Below, piece by piece: positions 63,996-64,000 of a stretch of 64,000 bases of DNA; position 1 is the stretch's first letter, and each line of letters starts with the position of its first letter. Made by a program: the position numbers and the translations under genes. Source of the stretch: a candidate division WOR-3 bacterium (GTDB taxonomy: Bacteria; Hydrothermota; UBA3073); assembly GCA_030606335.1 (NCBI GenBank), contig JAUWGP010000013.1, forward strand, positions 2,346 to 66,345. Reading direction: 5' to 3'. The notes under the pieces were generated by a model that saw only the letters and a list, made by a program, of their open reading frames with translations, was not told the DNA's origin and ran no database searches.

Positions 63996-64000
63996 ATAGA

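Overview
AT-rich bacterial chromosomal segment with no rRNA, tRNA or CRISPR array seen. Domain content suggests an uncultivated Gram-negative of the FCB/T9SS type, but this is inference only: five secreted proteins end in T9SS/FlgD-Ig-like C-terminal sorting domains and two PorV-like outer-membrane barrels are present. The left ~10 kb carries housekeeping and envelope genes: tadA, an ECF sigma / zinc-finger anti-sigma / periplasmic-protein module, an orphan RnfE/RnfA-like pair, SpoIID/LytB and a Mut7-C nuclease. From ~10 kb to ~53 kb lies a carbohydrate island built around mannoside/N-glycan chemistry. It holds six GH130 phosphorylase-like domains in five genes (one a tandem fusion), a GH38 alpha-mannosidase with a long K/E-rich tail, a GH92 alpha-mannosidase carrying an inserted PA14 domain, a clan GH-A (GH5-like) enzyme and an Opp/Dpp-type ABC importer. 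Also present are a PfkB sugar kinase, an MDR polyol/alcohol dehydrogenase, a xylose-isomerase-like TIM barrel, a radical-SAM/SPASM-like enzyme, a nucleoside hydrolase, glycosyltransferase-like genes and a metallophosphoesterase. The last ~11 kb is a cluster of secreted LVIVD beta-propeller and CarbopepD_reg-like proteins with near-identical C-terminal sorting domains, plus the PorV-like barrels. The island is heavily punctuated by selfish or repetitive DNA. An IS200-like HuH (Y1) transposase gene is bounded by perfect 22-bp inverted repeats. A free-standing GIY-YIG nuclease minigene, bounded by REP-like hairpin repeats, sits inside the ABC operon. Five loci carry the same REP-like 'GTCATTGCGAG' hairpin family. 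A genome-specific family of palindromic intergenic elements (CCACAGAGG-type inverted repeats) fills the space from stop codon to RBS between many island genes. Several probable frameshifts and a pseudogene remnant, a terminator-type attenuator leader, a non-ATG start and a promoter-to-terminator small transcript are also noted.
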